Shown here in pieces: positions 26,160 through 39,900 of a stretch of DNA of 64,000 nucleotides; position 1 is the first letter of the stretch, and each line of letters begins with the position of its first letter. The position numbers were made by a program, and so were the translations under genes. The notes under the pieces are model-generated. The model was given only the letters and a program-made list of their open reading frames with translations. It ran no database searches and was not told where the DNA came from. The stretch comes from Octopus vulgaris (lineage: Eukaryota). The DNA lies in assembly GCA_951406725.2 (NCBI GenBank), contig OX597816.1:38688001-38752000 (forward strand). Reading direction: 5' to 3'.

Positions 26160-26834
26160 ATTAAAAGTAAAGTTTACAACTGTTGTTACTATTCATTCCA
26201 TAAGTTCTATGGCAACCGTTGTTAAACATGGTGGCTAGTGCAGCAGGGTGGCAATAGGATCTTGGTAGTTAGAGTCCACAACAGGATTTGCATTAATTAG
26301 AGTACCACAATGACCAAAAGAGTACAACCACAATTACAAGCAGCCAAAATGGGGCTCCACTGAAGGATCTATGGAACAACATTACTTGACAAGGTGCACA
26401 GCTCGGAGATCAGGGAGTCTCTCCAGGTCAGGTTACTACTTCCCCACATTGAGAGGTCACAGCTCTGATACTACAGAAATGTGACTAGAATGTCAGAGGA
26501 AAGAATCGCAAGACAAATTCTTCAAGCCAATCCATCCAAAAGGAAATGCAGAGGTAGACCAAGAATGAGATGGGTGGATAATATCCATACTCTAAGTTGG
26601 TTGCACTTGGGAATCCAGCCAAAAAGTGTAATGACAGTTGCTTTTGATAGGAACCTATGGAGGAGGTACCTGAGGACTCTACCCCTAGAACCCTCCCGTG
26701 AATAGTGGTGGAGTAGCTGGATGGATGCCATTGCAAAAAACATTAATAATGGTTCAGACCTGCACAAACTGACAAAGTAAAGTAAATAACTAAGGCAGTA
26801 ATTAAGGGGGAGTACTCCAAAAAGTTTTTGAACT

Positions 26835-27305
26835 ACGAAGACCTGTTGGGGCAAGTGAAATCGGAATCGAAATTGAACCAATCCTATGACTGGCACCCGG
26901 CAGATGCTAGGACCCCTGGACTGGAGATATGTAAAAAGCACTATCCGAATCGTGGCCGATGCCAGCGCCACCTCAACTGGCTTCCGTGTCAGTGGCACGT
27001 AAAAAGCACCATCCGAATCATGGCCGAAGCCAGTGCCGCCTCGACTGGCTTCCGTGCAGGTGGTACGTAAAATGCACCAATCCGACCGTGGCCGATGCCA
27101 GCCTCGCCTGGCACCAGTGCAGGTGGCACGTAAAAAGCACCCACTACACTCATGGAGTGGTTGGCGTTAGGAAGGGCATCCAGCTGTAGAAACATTGCCA
27201 GATAAGACCGGAGCCTGGTGCAGCCTTCTGGCTTCCCAGATCCCCGGTCGAACCGTCCAACCCATGCTAGCATGGAGAACGGACGTTAAACGATGATGAT
27301 GATGA
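26835..27305 (+). mobile_element. RTE LINE 3' UTR fragment with tandem 63-68 nt units
   Basis: Three units marked by taaaaagcac, then the conserved terminus and (gat)n tail. Confidence 0.85.
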
Positions 27306-27939
27306 ACAGTGCTGGGACACGACCTTCTATTACATGAATTCCAGTAAATATTTTCTCAATCTTGGAAGGATGAAGAGTCAAGTGAGCCTGAACAGAATTG
27401 GAATTTGGATCATGACGAAACTTAAAATACTACAAATCACTGTCTGATCCTCTGCCAATTCTGTTATTGAAGCAGATAACCGCAACACAGACACAATTTG
27501 AACTGTCTGCACTTCATTACTAGTAATCCACATGTTAATGCGGATATTTCAATCTCAATTGAAATATCAGCAAGAGAAAAATATTACTTTTAAACCCGTA
27601 AGCATTTAAACCAGCCATATCAGGCCCAAAATATTGTACTATACTTGTTTCATGTTCAAACCAACCAGATCTGGCCTCTTACACCTACCCTACAATGTCC
27701 TTCTAAAAATAAACAACCACACTATTGAAAATTCTAAGCATGATTCAGAACAATGTGAAAAAATAAGCATTACATTTGACAGAGTAAACTGAATGCTAAA
27801 GGGTTAAAGGATGACATCTCATATATCTGCAAAGTAGGGGGTTGAAAATTACTGATACAAATTATTGTGGGTGTAACATGATTATTAAAAAAAAAATAAA
27901 AAACACAAAACTACAAACTGAAAAAGATCTCTTACAATA

Positions 27940-28082
27940 AGGCACAGGAGTGGCTGTGTGGTAAGTAGTTTGCTTACCAACCACATGGTTCCAAGTTCAG
28001 TCCTACTGCATGGTACCTTGGGCAAGTGTTTTCTATTATCTCCTCATACTGATTTGGTAGATGGAACTGAAAGAAGCCTGTC

Positions 28083-28120
<38 letters not shown>

Positions 28121-28340
28121 GTATGTATATGTTTGTGTGTCTGTGTTTGTCCCCCGTTCCATTGCTTGACATCTGATGTTGGCGTGTTTATGTCCCCGTA
28201 ACTTAGTGGTTTGGTAAAAGAGACTGATAGAATAAGTACAAGGCTTACAAAGAATAAGTCCTGGGGTCAAGTTGTTTGACTAAAGGCAGTGCTCCAGCAT
28301 GACCACAGTCAAATGACAAACAAATAAAAGAATAAAGGAG
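27940..28340 (+). mobile_element. tRNA-derived SINE (family A)
   Basis: Same head, microsatellite core and tail as 4170-4580. Confidence 0.85.
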
Positions 28341-28596
28341 TAAAGCGAAAACAAATCACAATTTAAAGGCTGCTGTCAGTTAGTGCTGTGAATGGCTTAA
28401 CTGAAACAGGATGGTTGTGAACAGGCCTGTTAGGATATAAGACAACCTGATGAAGTGTTGCTCAGGGTCCATACTTCTGTTATGCCCAACATCAGACTTC
28501 CACTGGGGAACCTCTTCAACATATATCCCACTCATAAACAATGACCCTATTCGTGCAAGTATGCAATAGGAAGTAAATATTGTGAGTATAGACAAA

Positions 28597-28640
<44 letters not shown>

Positions 28641-29369
28641 AAAAAATACAAACTGGGACAAGAACGCAAAACATTTAGAAGACGATACAAAAAACACGGA
28701 CGGGACATTCGAAGCCTTCAATCTTCAGTCAAGAACTGGATCATCCTCACAATTTTGGCTGATTAATCTTGAGATTGCTCCAATCTGGCCAGCCCCAAAA
28801 GAAAATCTAAGCCAAGCGCATTAGATTCCTTGGAAGAAAGCCTCGAATGTATACAAAACCAGGACGGAACCCTTTTGGACTTATATGTAAGTACATATAT
28901 ATATATTATATATAATGCAAACATATATATATACATGTAAATATATATATATAATATATATATATATACACACACACACATATACACATGCATATATACA
29001 TGTGCATGCATGTATACATGTATGTGCATCTATCCATACATGCATGCATATATATACACACATTCATACATCTATACATAAATGGCCAATGGAAACTGAA
29101 AGAAGACTATTGTATATTCTTATATCTATGTGTACAGATAAAGACATTGTAGATAGTTCCTTTCAATTAACTGTCCACCATTTCTTCCTTTTCAAAGATG
29201 AAGAGAGAAACTCCCTTATTTGAAAAAAAACCCCCAAAAAAAACAGCAGCTAGTAACAGGAAGTGTATCTAGTAAAACAATGTGTCAGTAACATGTAGTC
29301 ATCTACCCCATGCTAGCAAGGAAAAACTGATGCAAAACAAATGAGAATGAATGAACAGAGACCTCAACT

Positions 29370-30200
29370 AAGCATTTTACAGGTACTTTATTTTATCAAT
29401 TCTGAAAGAAAGAAAGCCAAAGTTGACCTGGGCAGGATTTGAACTATGTGTAAAGAGCCAGAAGAAATATCAAAGCATTTTGTCCAACTCCAACAATTCT
29501 ACCAATTTGCCACTTTAATAATAATAGTCCTTTCTACTATAGGCACAAGGCTTGAAATTTTGGGGAATAGGTTTGTCGATTACATCGACTCAGTGTTCAA
29601 CTGGTACTTATTTCATTGATCCCAAAAGGATGAAAGGTAAAGTCGACCTCAGTGGAATTTGAACTCAGAACATAAAGATGGACAAAATGCAGCAAAGCAT
29701 TTTCCTAGTGTGCTAACAATTCTGCCAGCTTGCTGCCTTAATAATAATAATGGTTTCAAATTTTGGCACAAGGCCAGCAAGTTCAGGGGGGGGGGGTAAG
29801 TTGATTACATCGATCCCCAGTGTTCAACTGGTACTTATTTTATCAACCCTGAAAGGATGAAAGGTAAAGTTGACCTTGGTAGAATTTGAACTCAGAATGT
29901 GATGATGATGAAATGCCACAAAGCATTTTTCCAGGCATGCTAGCGATTCTGCCAGTTTGCCACCTTAAGAATAATAATAATAATCCTTTCTACTGAAATT
30001 TTTGGGGAGGGGAATAGTTGATTACATTGACACCAGTGTTTGACTGGTACTTATTTTTATTGACCCCAAAAAGATGAAAGGCAAAGTCAACCTTGGTGGA
30101 ATTTGAACTCAGAACAGTTACATCAACTCCAGTACTTGGCTGGTGTTTTAATTTATGAATGAAAGCCACTGTTGACCTCACTGTGATTTGAACCCATAAT
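29370..30200 (-). mobile_element. Cluster of tandem family-B SINE copies
   Basis: Repeated ggtacttatt...aaggatgaaaggtaaagt(c/t)gacc...gaatttgaactcagaa blocks separated by (aat)n. Confidence 0.8.
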
Positions 30201-30599
30201 GCAGATAATCAGAACAAATATGGCTCAACAACAGAGATGTAAGTAGTGACTATATGCTACAGGAGAGAGAAAAAGACACTAAAACTCTGCTACAACAATA
30301 ATGATGTCCCTAATTCCAACAGTAATATTCTGAAACTGAGCTTTTTATAAAATATCAAGATAAAGGAAATCTTTAATAATTTATGCCTCGTTAAATATTA
30401 TCAAGAAACCTATGATTGTAATTAAGTTTGTTGCAAAACTATGTAGTTTCAGTTTCAGTCCCAGTGCACAAGACCTTAGGCAAATGTCTTCTACCATAGA
30501 CTCAGGCTGACCAGTGCCTCATGACTGAATTTATTAAGAAATGGAAACTGCACAGAAACCTGTTGTGTGTGCCTTACTGCTTGGTAACTGTTACAGGTT

Positions 30600-30947
30600 T
30601 GTTGTGGTCGTTGCCAGCCTACCCTGGCACCTGTGCCGGTAGCATGTAAAAAGCACCATCCGTATGTGGCCGATACCAGTGCCGCTTTGACTGGCTTCCG
30701 TGTTGGTGGCACGTAAAAAGCACCAACCGATCGTGGCCGTTGCCAGCTTCTCCTGGCACCGGTGCCGGTGGCACGTAAAAAGCACCCACTACACGCACGG
30801 AGTGGTTGGCGTTAGGAAGGGCATCCAGCTGTAGAAACACTGCCAGATCAGACTGGAGCCGGGTGCAGCCTCCTGGCTTCCCAGACCCCGGTCGAAACGT
30901 CCAACCCATGCTAGCATGGAAAACGGATGTTAAACGATGATGATGAA
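30600..30947 (+). mobile_element. RTE LINE 3' UTR fragment inserted into a decayed SINE
   Basis: Tandem ggtggcacgtaaaaagcacc units plus conserved terminus and (gat)n. Confidence 0.85.
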
Positions 30948-31744
30948 GACTTAGCAGTTCAGCAAAGTTGGTGTTTTGGGAGAAAATATTGCAGTATTTG
31001 ATCAAGCTCTTTGTGTTCTGTGTTAAAGTCCATCCTACCACTTAGCATGAAGTAGAAACACCTGTTTGTCAATCAGATACATTGAGTTGAGTAGTGTTAC
31101 ATGCTGTTCTCAAGATTATAATAACATAATAAAAAATAATAATACTATGAAACAAATTTAAATTGATACTGGGACACCTCCTGCAATGATACTACTCCCT
31201 CAGTTGAAGAGATAGTCTTGCAAGTTATTTGGTGACCTCACTGGTGCTGGTGCCATGTAAAAAGCATGCAGAACACTCTGTAAAGTGGTTGGTGTTAAGA
31301 AAGGAATGCAGCTATAGAAACCATGCCAAAGCAGATGTTGGTACTCAGTGCAGTCCTCTGGCTTGCCATCTCCCGATGAACCATCCCACCCATACAAGCA
31401 TGAAAAACAGACATTAAATGATGATTGTCATAAATTTATGGGGGAGGGGCAAAGTCAATGAAACTGACCCCCATCCACTATATGATATCACTATATGACC
31501 AGTACCATTTTAACAACCTCCATGGAATGAAACACAAAGTCAGTCTTTGGAATTTGAATTCAGATGCTCTAGCAATATCATAATTCTATCACATTTAGCC
31601 ATAATGATATTACAATCTTTAACAACAGTAGTAGTAGCAAAAGATAACATTCACTGAAATCCCAAGCAGCCTATCCTGATAAAAAGGGGTTAAAGTTAGG
31701 AACTATTTTCTAACACCAACTTACACAGGTGTCACATTAGTTAA

Positions 31745-31965
31745 CCCTTTTGTTACTGTATTTATTTTGAGATGCTCTGTGTTTCTTTCAATTACTTTAA
31801 ATATAACAAAGAATTTAGTAAATTAACTTAGTTATCATTCACTTAGTGTCAGGAACATAAATTGTGACTAAGGTTCGGTGGAAGATTTTAATTCAACACT
31901 TATGAAAACAAGACATTTGTACTACAGAGCCAGAGCCGGTTTCAGCCGGGTTGGTAATGAAAGGG
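31745..31965. mobile_element. piggyBac-type MITE
   Basis: TTAA-cccttt ... aaaggg-TTAA; inverted homologue of 3965-4613. Confidence 0.85.
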
Positions 31966-31969
31966 TTAA

Positions 31970-33043
31970 TGGATACAGCTAAACGGATGCAGTTGGATAG
32001 ACAGAGGTAAATGAGTGTATAGGCAAGAGATATGGAGAGAAAAAAAATAGATGGACAGAAAGATGGATAAATAGGTAGACGGAGAGACAGACAGATGGAT
32101 GGATGAACAGATACACAGACTGACCAACAGACAGACAGATGGATGAGTAGACAGGTGGATAGATGGACAGACAGACAGACAGTTGGACAGATGGATGAAT
32201 GGTTAACTGGACGGTTGGAGAGACAGACTGATGGACTAAAGGACAGACAAACAGAGGGATTGACAGACAAATGGATGGACAGATGAAGAGGCAGATGGAC
32301 AGACAGGCAAATAGATGGATGGATAGACTGATAGATGGTCAGATATATGAATGGATGGATAGATAGACAAATGGACAAATAAAGACGGATGGACAGACAG
32401 ATAGAGACAGGTGGCTGGATAGACAGACAGACTAAATGATGGAGGGACAGACAGATGAAAGGACTGATGGAAAGATGGACAGATAGACAGACAGACGAAC
32501 AGATGAAAAGATGGATAGACAGATAGTCAGACAGATGAACAAATGAAAAAATGGATGGACAGACAAATAGATGAACAGATGGAAAGACGGACAGATAGAT
32601 AGATGGACGGACAGATAGATAGATGGACAGACAAACAGATGAATGAATGGATGGACAGACAGATAGACAGATAGATGGACAGTCAGACGAAAGGACAGAT
32701 AAGCAGCCAGATGGATGGACAGATGGAGGGATAGATAGATGGATGGAAAGAGAGATGAATAGAGAATAGATTGACAAATAAACAAACAGATGGATGGATA
32801 GATGGAGGTATGACTAGACAGACTGTCAGATGGCTGAATGAACAAATGGGTGGATGGACAGATAGGCGGACAGACAGACAGATAAGTGGGCATAGAAATG
32901 AAAGGACAGACGGATGGATGGAGAGAAAATCAATAGATAGCTGGATGGACAGATAGATGCATAGATAGATAGATAAATGCATGGATGAACATATAGGTGA
33001 ATGGATGGATAGACAGACAGAAAAACAAATAGATCAGTGCATG

Positions 33044-33106
<63 letters not shown>

Positions 33107-33780
33107 GGATGGATAGACATGGGTGAATGGATAAATGGAAAGACTTAACATACAGATAGATATGAACAGAGAGATAGATGTATGAATAGACAGACAGGTA
33201 GATGCATGTAGAAAGATATATATAAATGAAGAGATAGACAGATGAACGTATAGACAGACAATCAAACAGAAAAATAGACAAGCAGAAAGATAGATGGATG
33301 GATAAGTGTAGAAACATACTGATTGACAGATAGTCATATAGATAGATAGATAGATAGCTGCTCAGACAAATGGAAGGATGAATCGACTTAGAGATAAATG
33401 AACAGATAGACATAGATAGATGAATGTACAGACAGATATAGACAGGTAGATATGCAGGATGGATGGATGGATGAATGATCCAATGATTGGACAGACAGGC
33501 AGGTGGATAAATGAATGGATTGGATGGGTAGACAGATGGATGGCAAAACAGACAAGGTATATTGATAGGCAGAGATGGATGGAGAGACAAGAAGACAGAA
33601 GCATGGATGGTGGGACAGGTAGACAGACTGATGAATAGCTGGATGGATGGTTGGACAGACAGATAGGCAATTCGATGGATAGACAGGCAGAGAGGAAGTA
33701 GAAAGAAAGATGGATAGATATACAGATGATGAAAAAAAAAAATGGGATGGCTGGATAGTCAGATGATTAATGAATAAAGC
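31970..33780. repeat. Degenerate GATA/GACA/GGAT tetranucleotide satellite (about 1.8 kb)
   Basis: Continuous gata/gaca/gatg mosaic with a pure (GATA)n core near 33045-33105. Confidence 0.95.
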
Positions 33781-34944
33781 ATACAGATAGATTGATACTT
33801 AGTAAGAGAGCAGCACTCATAACAATGCAAATCCTCCAAGAGTGATGAAACCAATGCTGTTGATGTTTAGCTTGGTCTTGTGTAAAGCCAAGTTCTGAAG
33901 GAAAAGCATGCATGAGGAGGTGATTTTTGTAGTTCTGGAGAGGGCTTCTTGTATAAAATGTTTAATTTGGAATCTAATATAGGTGATAAGATACACTAGG
34001 GGTGATATGTTGATAGGTGGGTATACTGGGTAGGATTGGGGGCAATTGGTGAGCAGTTTGGTTGTCCAGAAGTGGAGATCATTGTAATGGTGAAACATGA
34101 GGCAAAGAGAAATAACAGAAAACCTGAAAGCCAGTGGTTGTGATGGATTGATGGATGGGCAGATAGACAAAAGGATGGCAACATAGATGGAAAAATAGTA
34201 GTGCCCTTGACCAGCTCAAGGCCACTTTCCTTCGCTGCCCCATTGACCCAAATACCTGTGAGACAAATGCCAAGAACTGTCCAATGGGGCAGCATGTCAT
34301 CACTGAGGGAATGGACCAGATGGAAAAAAAGCTGTCAAGAGGAAGAGTCACAAAGAGTGACTTGCACTTCCTTGCCCCACTCCTTCCCCCATCTCTTCTA
34401 TACCACCCTTTGCCTGAACAGCCACCTTAGATACCAGCACCCTTCACACCCATCAGGATGAAGAGGCTCAATCACTCGCTACAGATTAACTACTCAGATA
34501 TGAGTTGATGCTGATGTGATAGATTAGATGTATGGTTAGACATAGAGAGAAAATTACTGAACTATGGATGGATAGATAGACAGAATCATTATATTAGTAT
34601 GAAGTAGAGGAAGAAAAAGCACCATCCAAGAGTTATAAGCCTTTGCCAATCAGCCAAATAGTAGGTAATATATTTATAGAGGTTATACTAAGTTTGTAAA
34701 CAGTCAGCAACAGATCAGAACTAAAATATTTCCTTATCCTGAAAAGAAAGCAGTTTCAGGAACAACTGTATACATGAAGTTACCATGAAATATGATCAGG
34801 ATTTGATTGTCTATGACCATAGGTTCTGCTTAAATAGGCCTGCCCTGAGGTTAAACAAAAAGCAGAAATTCTGGAGTCTAGCACTTGTAATGAATCTAAG
34901 GTGCTGAGTTATGTGTTGTTCATGTCTAAGGAGAGTATAATGTA

Positions 34945-35260
34945 AGGGTAAAGACCCCTTTGGTGATGAATGCCCATGGGATTGCACCTAGAAAGTTACT
35001 CTCTGAGGCACAAGTCTGGGCAAAGTTGTTTGTGGAAGACCAGCATTCACTCAAGCATACCAGCCTCCCCTCTCTATACCACCAATGTTATCTAAGGGAA
35101 AGGCAAAGGCTGATACAGCATGGCAAAGCTCATTCTACAGCTGAGTGAACTGGAGCAATGTGAAATAAAGTGTCTTGCTCAAGAACACAACACACAGCCC
35201 GGTCCAGGAATTGAACACACTACCTCATGATCATGAACCCAATGCTCTAACCACTAGCCA
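34945..35260 (-). mobile_element. tRNA-derived SINE (family C)
   Basis: Minus strand has a tRNA-like head then gtgttcttgagcaagacacttta; related copy near 19145-19455. Confidence 0.7.
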
Positions 35261-38143
35261 GGAACCTTTGCAACCTTGCTCAGATTTGTGCTTTGAAAGG
35301 AAACTTTCTAGTCCCATAGTCATTCATGACTGAAAGGGGTCTTTAGCCATAGTGCACGAGTTGTTTTATTGATATATATAGTAATTGTGTCACTATATGT
35401 ATAGTGATTTTAATGTCTCTGACCATGAAGAATCATACATACAGGGATGTATGCAGTTACAAATGATTACAAGCAAATTATTAAATGCACAGCAAGACTA
35501 ATATGAGAAGCATAGCAAATCTTGGTCTACTATAACGAGTAGAGTAGTTTTAATAGGCAGACAGATATACATATAGATGGCTGGATATATAAATATAAAC
35601 AGACAAACAGATAGATAGGCAGACATATTGATGGATAGACAGATACAAATAGCAATGAGACAGATAGTCAGCTAAGGCAGACAGTCATAAAGACATGCAG
35701 TTGGAAAGACAGAGAATTTGAGAGAAAGAGAGCAGGAACAGAAATATATATAGACACCTACACAAGATCCCACAAGTCCTCATCAGAAGCTATTAGTTTT
35801 GGAAGTGAATGTTACATGTCTGAGAACATGCATAGATTCAGATCATGTATCAAATTACCCCTACCAAATGTGTGAGTAAAAAACAGCTACACATGCACAG
35901 TGTACTTGTTATACTTGCACAGAGCAACAGATTGATGGAGGTGAGAAAATTAGATTTTCTAGTGTTCATGTCTACCTCAGGTGCATTAGAAACAAATGTA
36001 GAGTTGCTTTTTTTTTAATCTTTTAATCAGAAGAGAAGGGCACCCAATGACCTTTTTTCACAAGGCTTCTGTGATTGTTGGGGGGAAAAAAAGAAAGGGA
36101 TACTCGACATGAATAAAAAATATTTAAGTGTAAATATCAAAACATGCAAGCTTCCTAGGCACACCCAACAATTTTGTGAGTCACTCTGAATTTGCTATGG
36201 CAGTATGATGAGAGGGAGAAAAGTGAGATCTGGCCAGAATGCCAGCAAGAAAGGGGATTCTACTAAAGCATGTAAGTGCCAAATGGATTAAATCAAGATG
36301 GATTAAATCTACCATTCAAATTGGTCACAGCAAGATTTGAATAAAAGATGCAAAGAGCTGGATAAAATACAGCAAAGCAACCAGTTTGACATTTTTACAG
36401 ATCTGCCAGTCCACCGTCCAGGGATGGTACCTATTTTTTTTTAGCAAGCTGAAAGGATGAAAGGCGAAGATCACCTCAGCAGGTTTTGAGCAGAGTGCAG
36501 AGAATCAGAACAAATGCTGCAAGGTATTCTGTCTGATGCCCTAATGACTATGCCAACTCACAGGGACTCAGAATTAGCTCTCATTTTTTCCCTCTCTCTC
36601 CCCCGTTCACTTACACACACACACACAGCTAACCAGATGGTTACAATAGTTAATCAAAAACCATCAACCATAGCAAGGCTGGATATATAAAACATTTAGG
36701 CATGGCTTTCAGATACTAGATGCTGTTTAGCCCCCAGATAAGTTCTGATCAAGCAGACTTATGACCAAACATGTTCCAGTCTTTCCCATCTCATTTTATC
36801 CACTAAGAACAACATTCTTTCATTCTTTTCCCACTGTGTCCCTCTTTCCCAAAGATGTTAAGATGTGGTTTTAGAGAAATTTGGTTGCCATTTCTAGCAG
36901 GTTGGACAACCACATGGAGCTCCCTCATTGCTTCATTGTAATAATCTTAGTCATATGCAGACATACATTAAATTTCACACGCTTCTACCATAAATATCTA
37001 CAGCTATCTCATGCTTTTATACTAGAAAACATCAATACACATACAATCACTCATATACATGTGCACATAATCACTCATATACACACACATACACAAACAT
37101 GCACACAAATCCAATTGATGAACCATCAGCACGAAATGGTGGAAAGGCAGACTCAACTTTGGCAATATTTTCAATTCAAAACAGTGAAGCAGTGAACCAG
37201 ATAATGCAAAGTATTTCCATTGCCAAGAAAACAAAAACAAAAAAAAAACATTAATGGACTCTGCTTTTGTTCATAAAATAATTTTGATTATTTTAGCTGA
37301 GGCTTTTGTATTTTGTTTTTTTTTTCCCCCCTCATTTACAATTTACACCACCAATACCTTTATAAAAGGTATGATTGCCACAACATCCATTTCTACAAAG
37401 GCTAAAATTACATTATACATTTTGTCATATTTATAAAAGTAATAAATGCAGAGACAGAGAGAGAGAGAGAGAGAGAGTCAGGCAGGCAGAATGAGAGAGA
37501 ACAGGAGATAATCAGTTACTGAATGTAAGAGCCAAAAGTAGCCGAGGGGAAGAGAAAGAGTGAGTGAGAAAGAAAGAGACAGACAGAAAATGGAAGGAAG
37601 AAAAGACAAAAGGGAAAGATTTACTATGTGTAATAGTCCATCATCATGACTTAGTAAATGGTAAAAGAGAGGCAGTTAGTGTTAGAGAAGGGTTGAAAAA
37701 TCAGAGGTGTCGTTATTGTCATTTTAAACATGCTAGCATAGATAAACCAGCTCAGCAACACAACATATATATATATATGTGTATATATATATATATATAT
37801 ACATAAATGTGTGTATTTTTCCCTTGTTAACAATATATCAATATATACATATCATCATCATCATCATCATCATCGTTTAGCGTCCGTTTTCCATGCTAGC
37901 ATGGGTTGGACGGGTCAACTGGGGTCTGTGAAGCTGGAAGGCTTCGTCAGGCCCAGTCAGATCTGGCAGTGTTTCTACGGCTGGATGCCCTTCCTAACGC
38001 CAACCACTCCGCGAGTGTAGTGGGTGTTTTTTACGTGCCACCTGCACAGGTGCATGGCTGTATGATTAAGAAGCTCAGCTTTGCAACCATGTGGCTTTGA
38101 GTTTAGTCTCACTGCACAGCACTTTGAGTAAGTATATCTATAC

Positions 38144-38362
38144 CAGTGATTTTCAACCAGGGTTTCGCGGAACCTTAGGGTTCCGCCAGTACAGTCCAGG
38201 GGTTCCGCAAGAAGTTACAAAACTGCTAAAATCGACAGAAATTTTTTAAAATCCTGTGCAGATATGTGTGCATAAGACTATTAAATTATTGCACAGGGGT
38301 TCCCCGAGCCAGTGGAATGTTTCCTTGGGGTTCCGCTCCAGCAAAAAGTTTGAAAACCACTG
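38144..38362. mobile_element. hAT MITE nested in a SINE
   Basis: TIRs cagtgattttcaa / ttgaaaaccactg; perfect 8-bp TSD ATCTATAC. Confidence 0.92.
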
Positions 38363-38696
38363 ATCTATACTATAAGCACCAGGGTGACCAATGACTTGAG
38401 AGTGAATTTGGTAGATGGAATCAGTGTGGAAGCCTGTTGTGTGTATGTGCGTGTGTGATTGTCCCACTTGACAACCAATGTTGGTCTGTTTTAAGTTTTA
38501 GTAACTTGGCAGTTCAGATAAAGAGATTCATAAAATAAGTACCAGGCTTAAAATAATATGTACTAGGGGTCAATTTGCAACTAAACCCTTCAAAGCAGTG
38601 CCCCAGCATGGCCACCGTCAAATGACAGATACAAGTAAAAGATAGAAAATATAGTTATATATCTTTTATGCATTGTGTGTGTGTGTATATATATAT

Positions 38697-39900
38697 ATCA
38701 TCATCGTCGTTTAACGTCCGCTTTCCGCGCTAGCACGGGTTGGACGGTTTGACCGGGTCTGGGAAGCCAGGGGCCGCTCCAGGCTCCAGTCTGAATCTGG
38801 CAGAGTTTCTACGGCTGGATGCCCTTCCTAACGCCAACCACTCCGTGAGTGGATTGGGTGCTTTTTACGTGCCACCTGCACAGGGGCCGGAGGGTCCGGC
38901 ATCGTCACGATCGGATTCGAGCATTTTAACGTGTCAGCGGCACGGGGGCAACGAGGTCCGGGGTACTTTGGGGATCGGGGTATTTTGGGGATCCAGGGTA
39001 CTTTGGGGATCCTTGGGATCCGGGGTACTTAGAATGGGTAGGGGGGTACTTAGAATGGGTAGGGGGTATGTGGAATTGCTGCAGAAAGCAGCCCGGGTCT
39101 TTGTAGTCACAGCATATCTCCAGAGATCTCGGTCCTTCGCCATTGCCTCAGTGAGGCCCAATGCTCTGAGGTCATGCTTGACCACCTCATCCCATGTCTT
39201 CCTGGGTCTACCTCTCCCCCTGATACCTTCAACTGTTTGGGAGTGGCACTTCTTCACACATCTCTCTTCATCCATCCGCAGCACATGACCATACCATCGC
39301 AAGCGTCGCTCTTGCACACCACATCTGATGCTTCTTATATCCAGCATTTCTCTCAGGATACTTACACTCTGTTTTGCGTGCACACTGACACTACACATCC
39401 AGCGGATCATGCTAGCTTCATTTCTTTCAAGTCTACGCATGTCTTCTGCAGTCACAGCCCATGTTTCATTACCGTGAAGCATGGCAGTTCGCACACATGC
39501 ATCATATAATCTACCTTTTGCTCTGAGGGAGAGGCCTTTTGTTGCCAGTAGGGGTAGGAGCTTTCTGAACTTTGCCCAGGCTATTCGTATTCTAGTGGTG
39601 ATACTCTCTGTGCATCCACCTCCGCTACTAACTTGGTCTCCCAGGTAGCGGAAACTATCAACTACTTCTAGTTTCTCTCCCTGGAGTGTGATGGAATCTG
39701 TTTTCTGAGTGTCTGTTGTGTCTATTGTCCCTGTGCATCTGCCGCACATGAAAGCTATCTTATCTGTTAATTTCCCTTTAATGTTGCTGCACCTCTTATG
39801 TGTCCATAACTTACATTGGGTGCATCTTATGGAGTTTCTACCTGTACCTTTCCTACAGGTTGAGCAGGGCCACCTACCCGAGGGGATGTGTGTTGAGTAC
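38697..39900 (-). mobile_element. 5'-truncated RTE LINE with an open C-terminal ORF segment
   Basis: Translation EKLEVVDSFRYLG...RRLRWYGHVLRM...GRGRPRKTW plus the conserved 3' terminus; 5' end truncated in a (TA)n tract. Confidence 0.95.

Noticed and set aside
28448-28547. Possible minus-strand exon (SLFMSGIYVEEVPQWKSDVGHNRSMDPEQHFI)
   Set aside because: Weak donor (gttgtc) and no recognisable protein similarity; cannot be supported from sequence alone
28695-28740. CTGAAGA on the minus strand as a hammerhead core
   Set aside because: No properly placed GAAA, and stems II and III do not close
31893-33670. Long ORFs (up to 294 aa) on the minus strand
   Set aside because: Translations of the GATA/GACA satellite (S/I/H/L/C/P periodicity)
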